Made by a program: the position numbers and the translations under genes. Below, one piece after another: positions 51,929 to 64,000 of a stretch of 64,000 bases of DNA. The notes below the pieces were generated by a model. It saw nothing but the letters and a program-made list of their open reading frames with translations, did not search any database and had not been told where the DNA came from. The stretch is taken from assembly GCA_963716725.1 (NCBI GenBank), contig CAVQUB010000001.1, positions 128,001-192,000 on the forward strand, in the 5' to 3' direction. Each line of letters starts with the position of its first letter. The first letter of the stretch is position 1. Source of the DNA: an uncultured delta proteobacterium. GTDB lineage: Bacteria; Myxococcota_A; Polyangia; Polyangiales; Polyangiaceae.

Positions 51929-52906
51929 TCAGCCCTTCGCCCCCATCAACCTCGCCGCCTCGATCGCGCCATACGTAAAAATAATATCCGCGCCCGCTCT
52001 CCGCAGGCACAGCAAGCTCTCGAGCAGGCACCGGTCGAACTCCATCCAGCCGTTCTGCGCGGCGGCCTTGAGCATCGCGTATTCGCCGCTCACGTGATAC
52101 GCGGCGACGGGCAGCTCGGAGATCTCGGATACCGCGCGCACCACGTCCGCGTAAGGCAGCCCCGGCTTGACCATCAACCAGTCCGCGCCCTCCTCTTCGT
52201 CCAGGCGCACTTCGCGCAAGCATTCGCGGATGTTGGCTGGGTCCATCTGGTACGTCTTCTTGTCTCCGGCGCGTGGGGCCGAATCCAGGGCGTCGCGGAA
52301 GGGGCCGTAGAAGCCCGAGGCGTACTTCACGCAGTAGCTGCAGATCAGCACGTCGGTGTGGCCGGCCTCGTCCAAGGCCGCGCGGATGGCGCCGACGCGG
52401 CCGTCCATCATGTCGCTGGGAGCCACGACGTCGGCGCCGGCGGCGGCCTGGGCGACAGCCATCTTCGCCAGGAGCGGGACCGTCTCGTCGTTGTCGATGA
52501 GCCCGTCGATGACCACGCCGTCGTGGCCGTCCGACGAATACGGGTCCAGGGCGACGTCGGTGATCACCACCAGCTCCGGCAGCGCGGCCTTGAGCGCGCG
52601 GACGGCGCGCTGGAGCAGGCCGGAGGCGTTCAGGCTCTCGGTGCCGCGCTGGTTCTTCAACGCGTCGGTGAGGGCGGGGAAGAGCGCGACCGCGGGCACG
52701 CCGAGCTCGAACGCTTCGCGAGATTTTTGCACCAGGAGCTCGAGGTCGAGGCGCGCGTGGCCCGGCATGCTCGCGATGGGATGCGCGCCGGGACCTTCGT
52801 GGACGAAGAGCGGCAGGACCAGGTGCTCCGGTCCGAGCGCGGTCTCGCGCACGAGCCCTCGGATCCCGGCGCTCACTCGGTTACGTCGCGGTCGGTTCAT
52901 CGGCAT
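51929..52906 (-). CDS. hemB: Porphobilinogen synthase (delta-aminolevulinate dehydratase)
   Basis: DVALDPYSSDGHDG, APSDMMDGRV, KYASGFYGPFRDA, YQMDPAN, MVKPG, YHVSGEY. Confidence 0.97.
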   Translation of the reverse strand: MPMNRPRRNRVSAGIRGLVRETALGPEHLVLPLFVHEGPGAHPIASMPGHARLDLELLVQKSREAFELGVPAVALFPALTDALKNQRGTESLNASGLLQRAVRALKAALPELVVITDVALDPYSSDGHDGVVIDGLIDNDETVPLLAKMAVAQAAAGADVVAPSDMMDGRVGAIRAALDEAGHTDVLICSYCVKYASGFYGPFRDALDSAPRAGDKKTYQMDPANIRECLREVRLDEEEGADWLMVKPGLPYADVVRAVSEISELPVAAYHVSGEYAMLKAAAQNGWMEFDRCLLESLLCLRRAGADIIFTYGAIEAARLMGAKG

Positions 52907-52972
52907 GGCCGGGATCTACCGCACTTCCATCGGCGTGCGAACAGCCCGCCCGCGGTGTGGTAGCCTCCTCGA

Positions 52973-54103
52973 ATGGCGGGGCGTCAAACGGTCCGGTTCG
53001 CAGTTCGGTTTTCTTTGGCCGGCATGCTCGCACTGTGTGCGCTGCACTGCTCGGCGGGTGGAGACAGCGGCGGGGGCAACGGAGCCACGAGCGGCACGGG
53101 GGCCGGCGGTTCTGGCGGCAGCGGCGCGAAGGGAACCGGCGGTGACTCGGGGCTGATCATTCCCTTCGACGGAGAGGCGCCGGACTACTCGACGGACGCG
53201 TTCTTCGCGGTCGATCCTCCGCCACCCGACTGCAGCGACTCGGGCGCAAAGCCCATCAAGCCTGGTGGCACGCCGGAGTGCCCCGACGACAAGAACCTCC
53301 AGGGCTGTCCCTGCCCGACCGCGGGCGCCACCGCGCCCTGCTGGCCCGGCAAGCGCAAGAACCGAAACCGCGGCGCGTGCAAGGACGGCGTCACGACCTG
53401 CGCGGGCAGCTCCGAGTTCAAGCTCGCCTGGGGCGAGTGCAAGGGCTTCGCGGGCATCGCTCCGCCGACCTTCGAACCGGCGCCGGGCGCGACGGGCGCC
53501 GCGGCCTGCACCTGCTTCAGCGGCGGTTACTGGGACGTCAAGAATACGAGCCCGTGCTTCTACACCGACGCCGGCGGCAAGGTCATCGGCGGAGTCTCGA
53601 CCATCGTCGACGCGAGTGGGCCGCGCTGCCCGACCGAGAGCGAGATGAGCTTCACCACGGGCACGCCGCCGGCGCAGCCCTTCAGCGCCAACACGCTCAA
53701 GGTCGACTGCAACGGCTACTTCAAGCTCTGCTTCACGCTGCAGGCTTTGTCGCAGAAGGGCGCCGCCAAGAATCAGGGCTCCGACTGCCAGGTGATGCAG
53801 GTCTGCAGCGAGGGCCACTACGGCGAGGCCGGCAAAGGCCCGAACGGCACCGACGGCGTGCAGACGATGCCGGACCTGCCCGGGTGGATCACCAAGACCT
53901 CGGCCGAGACCGCCTGCGCCGGATCGTTCTACACCAACGGCGGCTACGGGACGTTCAGCGTCGAGGGCATCAGCGACGAGTGCGATCAGGTGAAGAAGGG
54001 CTTCTTGACCTTCGACTACTGCCCCATCTACTGCAACGAGCCGGCGAACAAGAGCAAGCCCGAGTGCGTGAACTGCAAGACGGGCAGCGGCGGGCCGTTC
54101 TGA
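52973..54103 (+). CDS. Cys-rich myxobacterial lipoprotein
   Basis: ALHC lipobox; Gly linker; many Cys (GACKDGVTTC...WGEC). Confidence 0.75.
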   Translation: MAGRQTVRFAVRFSLAGMLALCALHCSAGGDSGGGNGATSGTGAGGSGGSGAKGTGGDSGLIIPFDGEAPDYSTDAFFAVDPPPPDCSDSGAKPIKPGGTPECPDDKNLQGCPCPTAGATAPCWPGKRKNRNRGACKDGVTTCAGSSEFKLAWGECKGFAGIAPPTFEPAPGATGAAACTCFSGGYWDVKNTSPCFYTDAGGKVIGGVSTIVDASGPRCPTESEMSFTTGTPPAQPFSANTLKVDCNGYFKLCFTLQALSQKGAAKNQGSDCQVMQVCSEGHYGEAGKGPNGTDGVQTMPDLPGWITKTSAETACAGSFYTNGGYGTFSVEGISDECDQVKKGFLTFDYCPIYCNEPANKSKPECVNCKTGSGGPF

Positions 54104-54120
54104 GCTAGGATCGGCCGACC

Positions 54121-54747
54121 TTGGGCATCCTCTACCTGGCCGCGCTGATCATCGGCTTCGGCACCATCGCGCTCCAGCTCGCCATGGGCGGCGAGTCGGA
54201 CGCGGACGCGGACGCCGACGCGGACGTGCACCTCGACGCGGAGCTCGACGCTGACGCGGACGCGGACGCGGACGGCGATCACGGCCACGCCGACCACGGC
54301 CACGGCGACGGCGGCTTCCTGCCGATCTTCCTGTCGCTCCGCTTCTGGACCTTCACCTTCATGGCCTTCGGGCTCAGTGGATCGCTGATCCACTATCTGG
54401 ACTTGGCAAACTCGGCGGTGGCGCTGATCATCGCGATCGCGCTGGGTCTCGGCGCTGGCCTGCTGGCGTCGCTGACCTTCCGGGCACTCTCCAACAGCGA
54501 AGCGAACTCCGGGGCCACGGATCGTGACGCGGTGGGCACGGTCGGGAAGGTGCTGCTGCCGCTTGGCAAGGGCGCACGCGGCAAGATCCGCATCCAGCTC
54601 AAGGGGCAGACGGTGGATTTCGTCGCCACCACGGACGACGAGCAAATCGAGAGCGGGCAGCTGGTGATGATCGAGGAAATGCGCGAGACCACAGCGCACG
54701 TTTCCCGCGCTCCGGTCGAGCTGCTTCCGCCGAAGCGCGAGCCGTAG
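54121..54747 (+). CDS. NfeD-like membrane protein
   Basis: N-terminal TM, Asp/His-rich loop, further TMs and an OB-fold C-terminus; lies upstream of flotillins. Confidence 0.8.
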   Translation: MGILYLAALIIGFGTIALQLAMGGESDADADADADVHLDAELDADADADADGDHGHADHGHGDGGFLPIFLSLRFWTFTFMAFGLSGSLIHYLDLANSAVALIIAIALGLGAGLLASLTFRALSNSEANSGATDRDAVGTVGKVLLPLGKGARGKIRIQLKGQTVDFVATTDDEQIESGQLVMIEEMRETTAHVSRAPVELLPPKREP

Positions 54748-54781
54748 CGCGCCGCGCAGAGCTCGCCTATGCTCGCGAGCC

Positions 54782-56083
54782 ATGCAATCCCAATTGCCGC
54801 CGGAGCTGGGGCTGGATCCGGATTCGATGATGGTGCTGCTCGGGGCAGCGGGCATCGTCTTCGGACTCGCTTTCCTGATCTTCTTGTTGTCGCGTCTGCT
54901 TGTGATTTGTAAGCCGAACGAGATCGTGGTCATCAGCGGGCGCAAGCACCAGCTCGCCGACGGCTCGACCGTCGGCTACAAGGTGCTGCACGGCGGCCGC
55001 GGGTTCCGCATCCCCCTGCTCGAGCAGGTCAACCGCATGGACATGCGGCTGATCCCGGTGCAGGTCGAGGTGCACAACGCCTACTCGCGCGGTGGCATCC
55101 CGCTGATGGTGCACGCCATCGCCAACGTGAAGATCTCCAGCCAGCCGGGCCTGGCTCGCAACGCCATCGAGCGGTCGCTCAACATGACTCCGAGACAGAT
55201 CGGGGCGGTGGCGCAGCAGACCCTGGAAGGCGTGTTGCGCGAGGTGGTCGCGGAGCTGACGCCCGAGGAGGTCAACGAAGACCGGCTCAAGTTCGCTGGC
55301 ACGCTGATCCGCCACGCCAAGGACGACTTCGACAAACTCGGGATTGAGCTCGACGTGCTCAAGGTGCAGAGCGTCAGCGACGAGCAGAAGTACCTCGCGA
55401 ACCTGGGCCGCGCGCGCATCGCTCGCATGATCCGCGACGCGCAGAACGCCGAGAACAGCGCGAACCAGGCCATCGCCGAGGCGCAGGCGACCAACCGCCA
55501 ACGCGCCGAGACCGCCCAGAAACAATCCGAGGCGCAGGTGCTCACCAAGCGCAACGAGCTTCGAGCGGAGCTCGCTCGCCTCGAGGCGCAATCCAAGTCC
55601 ATCGAGAACGAGGCGGACGTCGCCGCACAGACCGCGCGGTCCGAAGCGGAGCAAGAGCTCCAGCAGTTGCGCGCGGAGTTCGAGCGCCTGCGCCTGGAAT
55701 GTGACGTGTTTTTGCCGGCAGAAGCCGATCGCCTCGCCTCCGAGGCGGACGCCCGCGGTCACGCCGCGCCCGTCGTCGAGAGCGGAAAGGCGTCGGCAGA
55801 GGCCCTGCGCATGGTGGCGCACGAGTGGCAAGCCGCGGGTCGGGATGGTCGCGATCTCTACGTGCTCCAGCACCTGCGCCAGTTCGTCGAAGCCGCGGTC
55901 GCCCGCGTCACCCGGGCCAAGATCGGGGAGCTGAATGTCGTGGATGGTGGTGACGGTGCCAGCTTCACCGGAACGGTGGCCAGCTTCCCCGCCGCCGTGT
56001 CTCAGGTCCTGCAGGAGACTGGAAACGCCCTCGGCGTGGACATGAAATCACTGCTCGAAGGCAAGAAGGAGGCAGGACGATGA
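54782..56083 (+). CDS. Flotillin/SPFH family protein
   Basis: PNEIVVISG, GGRGFRIPLLE, TLEGVLR, LTPEEVNEDR, AEA-rich coil. Confidence 0.9.
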   Translation: MQSQLPPELGLDPDSMMVLLGAAGIVFGLAFLIFLLSRLLVICKPNEIVVISGRKHQLADGSTVGYKVLHGGRGFRIPLLEQVNRMDMRLIPVQVEVHNAYSRGGIPLMVHAIANVKISSQPGLARNAIERSLNMTPRQIGAVAQQTLEGVLREVVAELTPEEVNEDRLKFAGTLIRHAKDDFDKLGIELDVLKVQSVSDEQKYLANLGRARIARMIRDAQNAENSANQAIAEAQATNRQRAETAQKQSEAQVLTKRNELRAELARLEAQSKSIENEADVAAQTARSEAEQELQQLRAEFERLRLECDVFLPAEADRLASEADARGHAAPVVESGKASAEALRMVAHEWQAAGRDGRDLYVLQHLRQFVEAAVARVTRAKIGELNVVDGGDGASFTGTVASFPAAVSQVLQETGNALGVDMKSLLEGKKEAGR

Positions 56084-57319
56084 CCGGTCTACTCATGGTT
56101 GGCGCGATCACGGTCTTCGTCGTTTTTGTCGCGCTCTACTTGATGGTGAAGAAGTTGCTCTGGGTCTCCACGCCCAACGAAGCGCTGATCTTCAGCGGCA
56201 CGACCCGGCAGCTCGGCGACGGTCGAAGCGTCGGATTTCAGATTCGTGCGTGGCGGTCGCGCCTTGCGTCGACCGCTGGTCGAGAAGGTCGACGTGCTGG
56301 ACCTCAGCATGTTCACCGTGGTGGTGAACGTGACTGCGGCGTTCTCCAAGGGCGGCATCCCGCTGACCGTGCAGGGCGTGGCCAACGTCAAGCTGCCCGG
56401 AGAAGATCCCTTGCTCTCGAACACGGTGGAGCGCTTCTTGGGGCGCTCGCGTGAAGAGATCTATTACATCGCGAAGGAGACTCTCGAAGGCAACCTGCGC
56501 GGGGTGCTCGCGAGTCTGACTCCCGAAGAGGTCAACGAGGACAAGCAGGCATTCGCGACCAAGCTCTTGGACGAGGCCGAGCACGACATGAGCCGCATCG
56601 GCCTCGTGCTCGACACGCTCAAGATCCAGAACGTCACCGACGAGGTGAACTACCTGCAGAGCATCGGTCGCATCCGCGGCGCGGGCCAGAATCAGCTCCA
56701 GGCCATCGCCGAGGCCGAGGCGCGGGCGGACGCATCGGTGCAGCAGGCGTCCAACTGGGCCGCCTCCGAGGTGGCCAAGGTCGACGCGGACGTGCAGATC
56801 GCGCGGCAAGAGACCGCCAAGCGCATCGCCGAAGCGACCAGCCGGCGCGAGGCGATGATCCAAGAGTCGCGCGGCCAGGTTCTGGCTCAGATCGCCCAAG
56901 TGCGCGCCGAGATCGATCGGCAGAAGGCTCGAGCGCCTCAAGAGAAACGCCGACTCGACGCTGACGTGGTGCAGCCGGCCATCGCGCGCCAGCGCGCTGC
57001 GGAAGAATCGGCGAAGGGCGACGCAGCCTCGACCATCGAGCGTGGGCGCGCCGAAGCGGCCTCACTCAAGCAACTGGTCGAGGCCTATCGTCAGGGCGGG
57101 ACGGCGTCCCGGGACGTGCTCGCCTTGCAGAATCTGATGCCGCTGCTGGCTCACGTGTCCGGCGCGCACCACTCGCTCAGCATCGGCAAGCTCACGGTGT
57201 TGCCGACCCGCGAGGCCGAGGGCAGCGACGTCGCCCGCAAGGCGATTGGCGCGGCGGAGCAGATCCGGGCCGCGACCGGCGTGGATCTGGCGGGAGTCGC
57301 CAAGAAACTCGGAGGCTGA
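56080..57319 (+). CDS. Second flotillin/SPFH protein; single frameshift near 56236, possibly a sequencing error
   Basis: PNEALIFSG in one frame; GGR...TLEGNLRG...LTPEEVNED in 56246..57319; extra T in GGATTTCAGA. Confidence 0.82.
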
Positions 57320-57336
57320 TCGCGGTCAGCCTCGCG

Positions 57337-58167
57337 GTGGCGCGTCGCGCCGGAACCGCGCATACTGCCTGGGCCTTGCGAAAGCTTATTTCGATCTGGG
57401 GCCCGGGCTGGGCGCGCCGCTGGACCGTGCTCGGCGCGATCGGCGCAGCACTTGCGTTTGGCGGCTGCGACTTGAATCCTCAGCCCGAGGTGCCGAGCAA
57501 CACCGCGGGCGGTGGCGGCGGCATCGGCGGCGCTGGCGGTGGTGCCGGCGGCGTTGCGTCCGGCGGCGCGCCGACCGGCGGCGGAGGCGGCCTGGCTGGC
57601 GGCGGTGCTGGCGGCGGGGCCGGCGGGGCCGGCGGGGCGGGTGGCGGTACGTCGAAGTGCAATGGCGGCTGCGCTCTGGGCGAGCTGTGCAACGAAGGCA
57701 AGTGTGCGGACGATCCCTGCGCGCCGAACTCGTGCATGTCGGACCAAGCCTGCAAACCCAGCGCCGACTTCACGGCGTCGAACTGCGTCGAGTCGTGCGC
57801 GGACGTCGTGTGCAATGCCGGCGAGACCTGCACAGACGGAGCCTGCAAACCCACGGGTTGTGCCGTTCCCTGCGCGTCCGGCGAGGTGTGCGCGCAGAAC
57901 ACCGATGGCGGCGGCGGGTGCGTGCCGGATCTCTGCGCGGGTGACGCGGCGATCTCGTGCGGGCTGGGTGAAAGCTGCGCGCCGACATCGGGCGTCTGCT
58001 CGCCTGACCCGTGCAACGGGGTGAAGTGCCCAGCGCAGCAGATCTGCGCCGCGGGTGAGTGCCGATGGTCGGGTGACGGCGGCGCGGCGGACGGTGGCGC
58101 GGGCGACGCGGGCGACGCGGGCGACGCGAGCGAGGCGAGCGACGCGAGCGACGCGAGCGCGGACTGA
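57337..58167 (+). CDS. Gly/Cys-rich lipoprotein
   Basis: FGGC lipobox; LNPQPEVP motif; Cys-rich repeats. Confidence 0.7.
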   Translation: MARRAGTAHTAWALRKLISIWGPGWARRWTVLGAIGAALAFGGCDLNPQPEVPSNTAGGGGGIGGAGGGAGGVASGGAPTGGGGGLAGGGAGGGAGGAGGAGGGTSKCNGGCALGELCNEGKCADDPCAPNSCMSDQACKPSADFTASNCVESCADVVCNAGETCTDGACKPTGCAVPCASGEVCAQNTDGGGGCVPDLCAGDAAISCGLGESCAPTSGVCSPDPCNGVKCPAQQICAAGECRWSGDGGAADGGAGDAGDAGDASEASDASDASAD

Positions 58168-58234
58168 AGCGCATTTTGCAGGCAGACGGGCCACTCCCGC
58201 CGCCTGCCGCAATGTGCCAGAATGCGGCTTCAGC

Positions 58235-59359
<1,125 letters not shown>

Positions 59360-59362
59360 CGC

Positions 59363-62133
<2,771 letters not shown>

Positions 62134-62137
62134 GGCC

Positions 62138-63382
62138 ATGACGCCGCGACCTCTCGCGTACCTTCTGATCGCCGGCGTGGTGGCCTGCGGCGAGTCGCGT
62201 CCTGCCGAGTCTGCGCCGCAGGGTGCTCGCAGCAACGCGCCCCCACCGCCCGGTCTCTACTCGGAGATGCACGCGCCCGCGCCTGCGCCGCCGCCTCTGG
62301 GCACCGCGCCGAGCTGCGTGCCCGGCGTGCCCTGCGCTCCCGGCATTGCCGCGCCTGCGCCAGCGAGCGCCACGCCGCCCCCGCCGCCCGCGCCAGCAAC
62401 GCCCGAGCCGCCCAAGGCGGGCAAGATGCCCGGCGGGCTGTCCCGCGGCACCGGAGACGCGCTCGACGCCGCGCTCTTCGAGGGGGACAAGGCCTACGCT
62501 GCCGATCAGCTCGCCGCCGCTGAGCAGCACTACACACGCGCGAAGAAGCTCGCGCCCAGAGATCCGGCGCCGGAAGTCGGCCTGGTGCGCGTGGCGCTGT
62601 CCAGGTCCGGAGTCGCAACCGACTACGCGGCGGCGCCCAAGGACAAGAAGATAGGCGCCCTGGAAAAACGCGTGAGCGCCGTGATCCGGGCGCATGCGAG
62701 CTATGGGCCCGCGCGCGTCGAGCGCGGCCGCCTGCTCTTGATCTTGGGTCTGGCCGACCAAGCGCTGTCCGAGCTCGAACAGGCGGTCACCCTCGAGCCC
62801 AACGATCCCGAGTCGCACTCGGCGCTGGGCGTTGCGCTGCTCGCGACCGGCAAGGCCGATCAGGCCCTGGCGCGGTTCCGGCGCGCGGCGGAGCTGGACC
62901 GCGACAACCCCGCGCGGCTCACGAACCTGGGGACGGCGCACATGATGCGCGGTCAGGTCGAGGACGCCATCAAGGCCTACGAGCGCGCGGTCGCGCTGGC
63001 GCCGAACGACGCGCGCGCGCGGGGCGATCTCGGTACGGCGCTGCTCTCCGCAAACCGCCCGGACCACGCGCTGCCGCACCTGGAGGCAGCGGTCAAGCTC
63101 GCGCCCGAGCGCGCCACCTTCCTCTCGAACCTCGGCTACGCACAACAGCAGCGTGGCAAGCTCGACCAGGCCATCGACACCTACAAGCTCGCGCTCAAGA
63201 AAGATCCCAAGCTGGGATCGGCGTGGATCAACCTGGGCACCGCTCTCGCGCAGAAGGGCAAGCTCGACGAAGCCGAAGCGGCTTTCAAGAAGGCGCAGGC
63301 GCTCGACGCCAGCGACCCGCGCGTGAAGGCCAATCTGGACGAGCTGGCGGAGCTGCGGAAGAAGACCAAGCCGAAGCCCTGA
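62138..63382 (+). CDS. TPR-repeat lipoprotein
   Basis: VVAC lipobox; Pro-rich linker; repeated NLG...A...Y..A...P. Confidence 0.88.
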   Translation: MTPRPLAYLLIAGVVACGESRPAESAPQGARSNAPPPPGLYSEMHAPAPAPPPLGTAPSCVPGVPCAPGIAAPAPASATPPPPPAPATPEPPKAGKMPGGLSRGTGDALDAALFEGDKAYAADQLAAAEQHYTRAKKLAPRDPAPEVGLVRVALSRSGVATDYAAAPKDKKIGALEKRVSAVIRAHASYGPARVERGRLLLILGLADQALSELEQAVTLEPNDPESHSALGVALLATGKADQALARFRRAAELDRDNPARLTNLGTAHMMRGQVEDAIKAYERAVALAPNDARARGDLGTALLSANRPDHALPHLEAAVKLAPERATFLSNLGYAQQQRGKLDQAIDTYKLALKKDPKLGSAWINLGTALAQKGKLDEAEAAFKKAQALDASDPRVKANLDELAELRKKTKPKP

Positions 63383-63398
63383 GCGCGCGGCCGCTGCC

Positions 63399-64000
63399 TC
63401 AGTTGTGGCGTTCCCAAGGGTGGTCCCGCCGCGCGGCCCGGACCCCCGAAATCTCGAGCCCCGGCAGAGCCTGGTATTCGAGGGGCTCGACCAGTCGTAC
63501 GAGCTGGTCTCTGGTGACCAAATAGGGTCGGCCGTCGACCTGGATGAACGCCGTTGCCCAGAATGCGTCGAGGTCCTTCTCTCCGGACCTCACCACCACG
63601 TAGCCCTCGCGCACGTGCCTCAACGTGAGCGTCGCGCCTGGCACCTGGTTGACGACCAACTGCCGTCGCGCCTCGCCCAGGCCGTCGCTCTGGGTGTCCA
63701 TGCCCTCCCAGTTGGGCAGGTAGGTGAACGCTTTCACCTCGGCGTGGGGCGGGCTCGGCACCGCCACGCGCGGCAGAAGCTCGCTGCAATTTGCAGCGCG
63801 CCACGCGCGGCAGCTCGTGCCCTGCTCCCTGCTCTCACCCCGCGCGAGCAAGAGCTCCGCGCGCGCCCGCGTCTTCTGTCGGCACACCGACTGGGCTCCC
63901 ACCAGAAAGAAGGTCACTTCGTTCTCGGCATCGGGCAACGGCCGATAGCCCAAGATGACGCCCGCCGCCGCCGACTCTCCGAAGCAATCCGAGTCGGGCA
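63399..64000 (-). CDS. Hypothetical protein, 5' end outside the window
   Basis: Open frame ending at 63399 and extending toward the window edge; no motif recognised. Confidence 0.5.
   Translation of the reverse strand, partial: PDSDCFGESAAAGVILGYRPLPDAENEVTFFLVGAQSVCRQKTRARAELLLARGESREQGTSCRAWRAANCSELLPRVAVPSPPHAEVKAFTYLPNWEGMDTQSDGLGEARRQLVVNQVPGATLTLRHVREGYVVVRSGEKDLDAFWATAFIQVDGRPYLVTRDQLVRLVEPLEYQALPGLEISGVRAARRDHPWERHN

Noticed and set aside
51966..51995. dif (XerCD) site inside hemB
   Set aside because: One arm resembles a XerC box, but the other arm and the spacer length do not fit; kept only as an unexplained AT-rich site.

Overview
GC-rich DNA that looks myxobacterial (inferred Polyangiaceae-like, from an AgmX/PglI-type domain and many Gly/Cys-rich lipoproteins). 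Two zones are visible. (1) Positions 1 to ~51,930 form an accessory island of mostly secreted or lipoprotein genes: pectate lyase, S8 and trypsin-like proteases, a teneurin-like fragment, an FGE-domain protein, a propeller+glycoside hydrolase, a MalT-like regulator and two nucleotidyltransferase TA modules. These are separated by a dense mosaic of mobile-element remnants: two near-identical 3,258-bp DDE+ExeA transposons, ends of several integrase-core IS types, IS4, IS66 and IS91-like pieces, REP-like hairpins and a 111-bp MITE. (2) Positions ~51,930-64,000 are core-like: hemB, NfeD + two flotillins, yeaH-spoVR (spoVR carries a 400-aa LAGLIDADG intein) and a TPR protein. The main observation is that the 3' end of hemB is re-copied four times inside the island: three copies of exactly 49 bp and one 312-bp copy of a divergent allele. 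Each copy is followed by the same hairpin-rich element starting TGCCTCCCC, and two are preceded by DUF559-like endonuclease remnants. This suggests a tandem cargo array that grows at an AT-rich site inside hemB, with no integrase visible in the window. All alignments and family assignments were made by eye.
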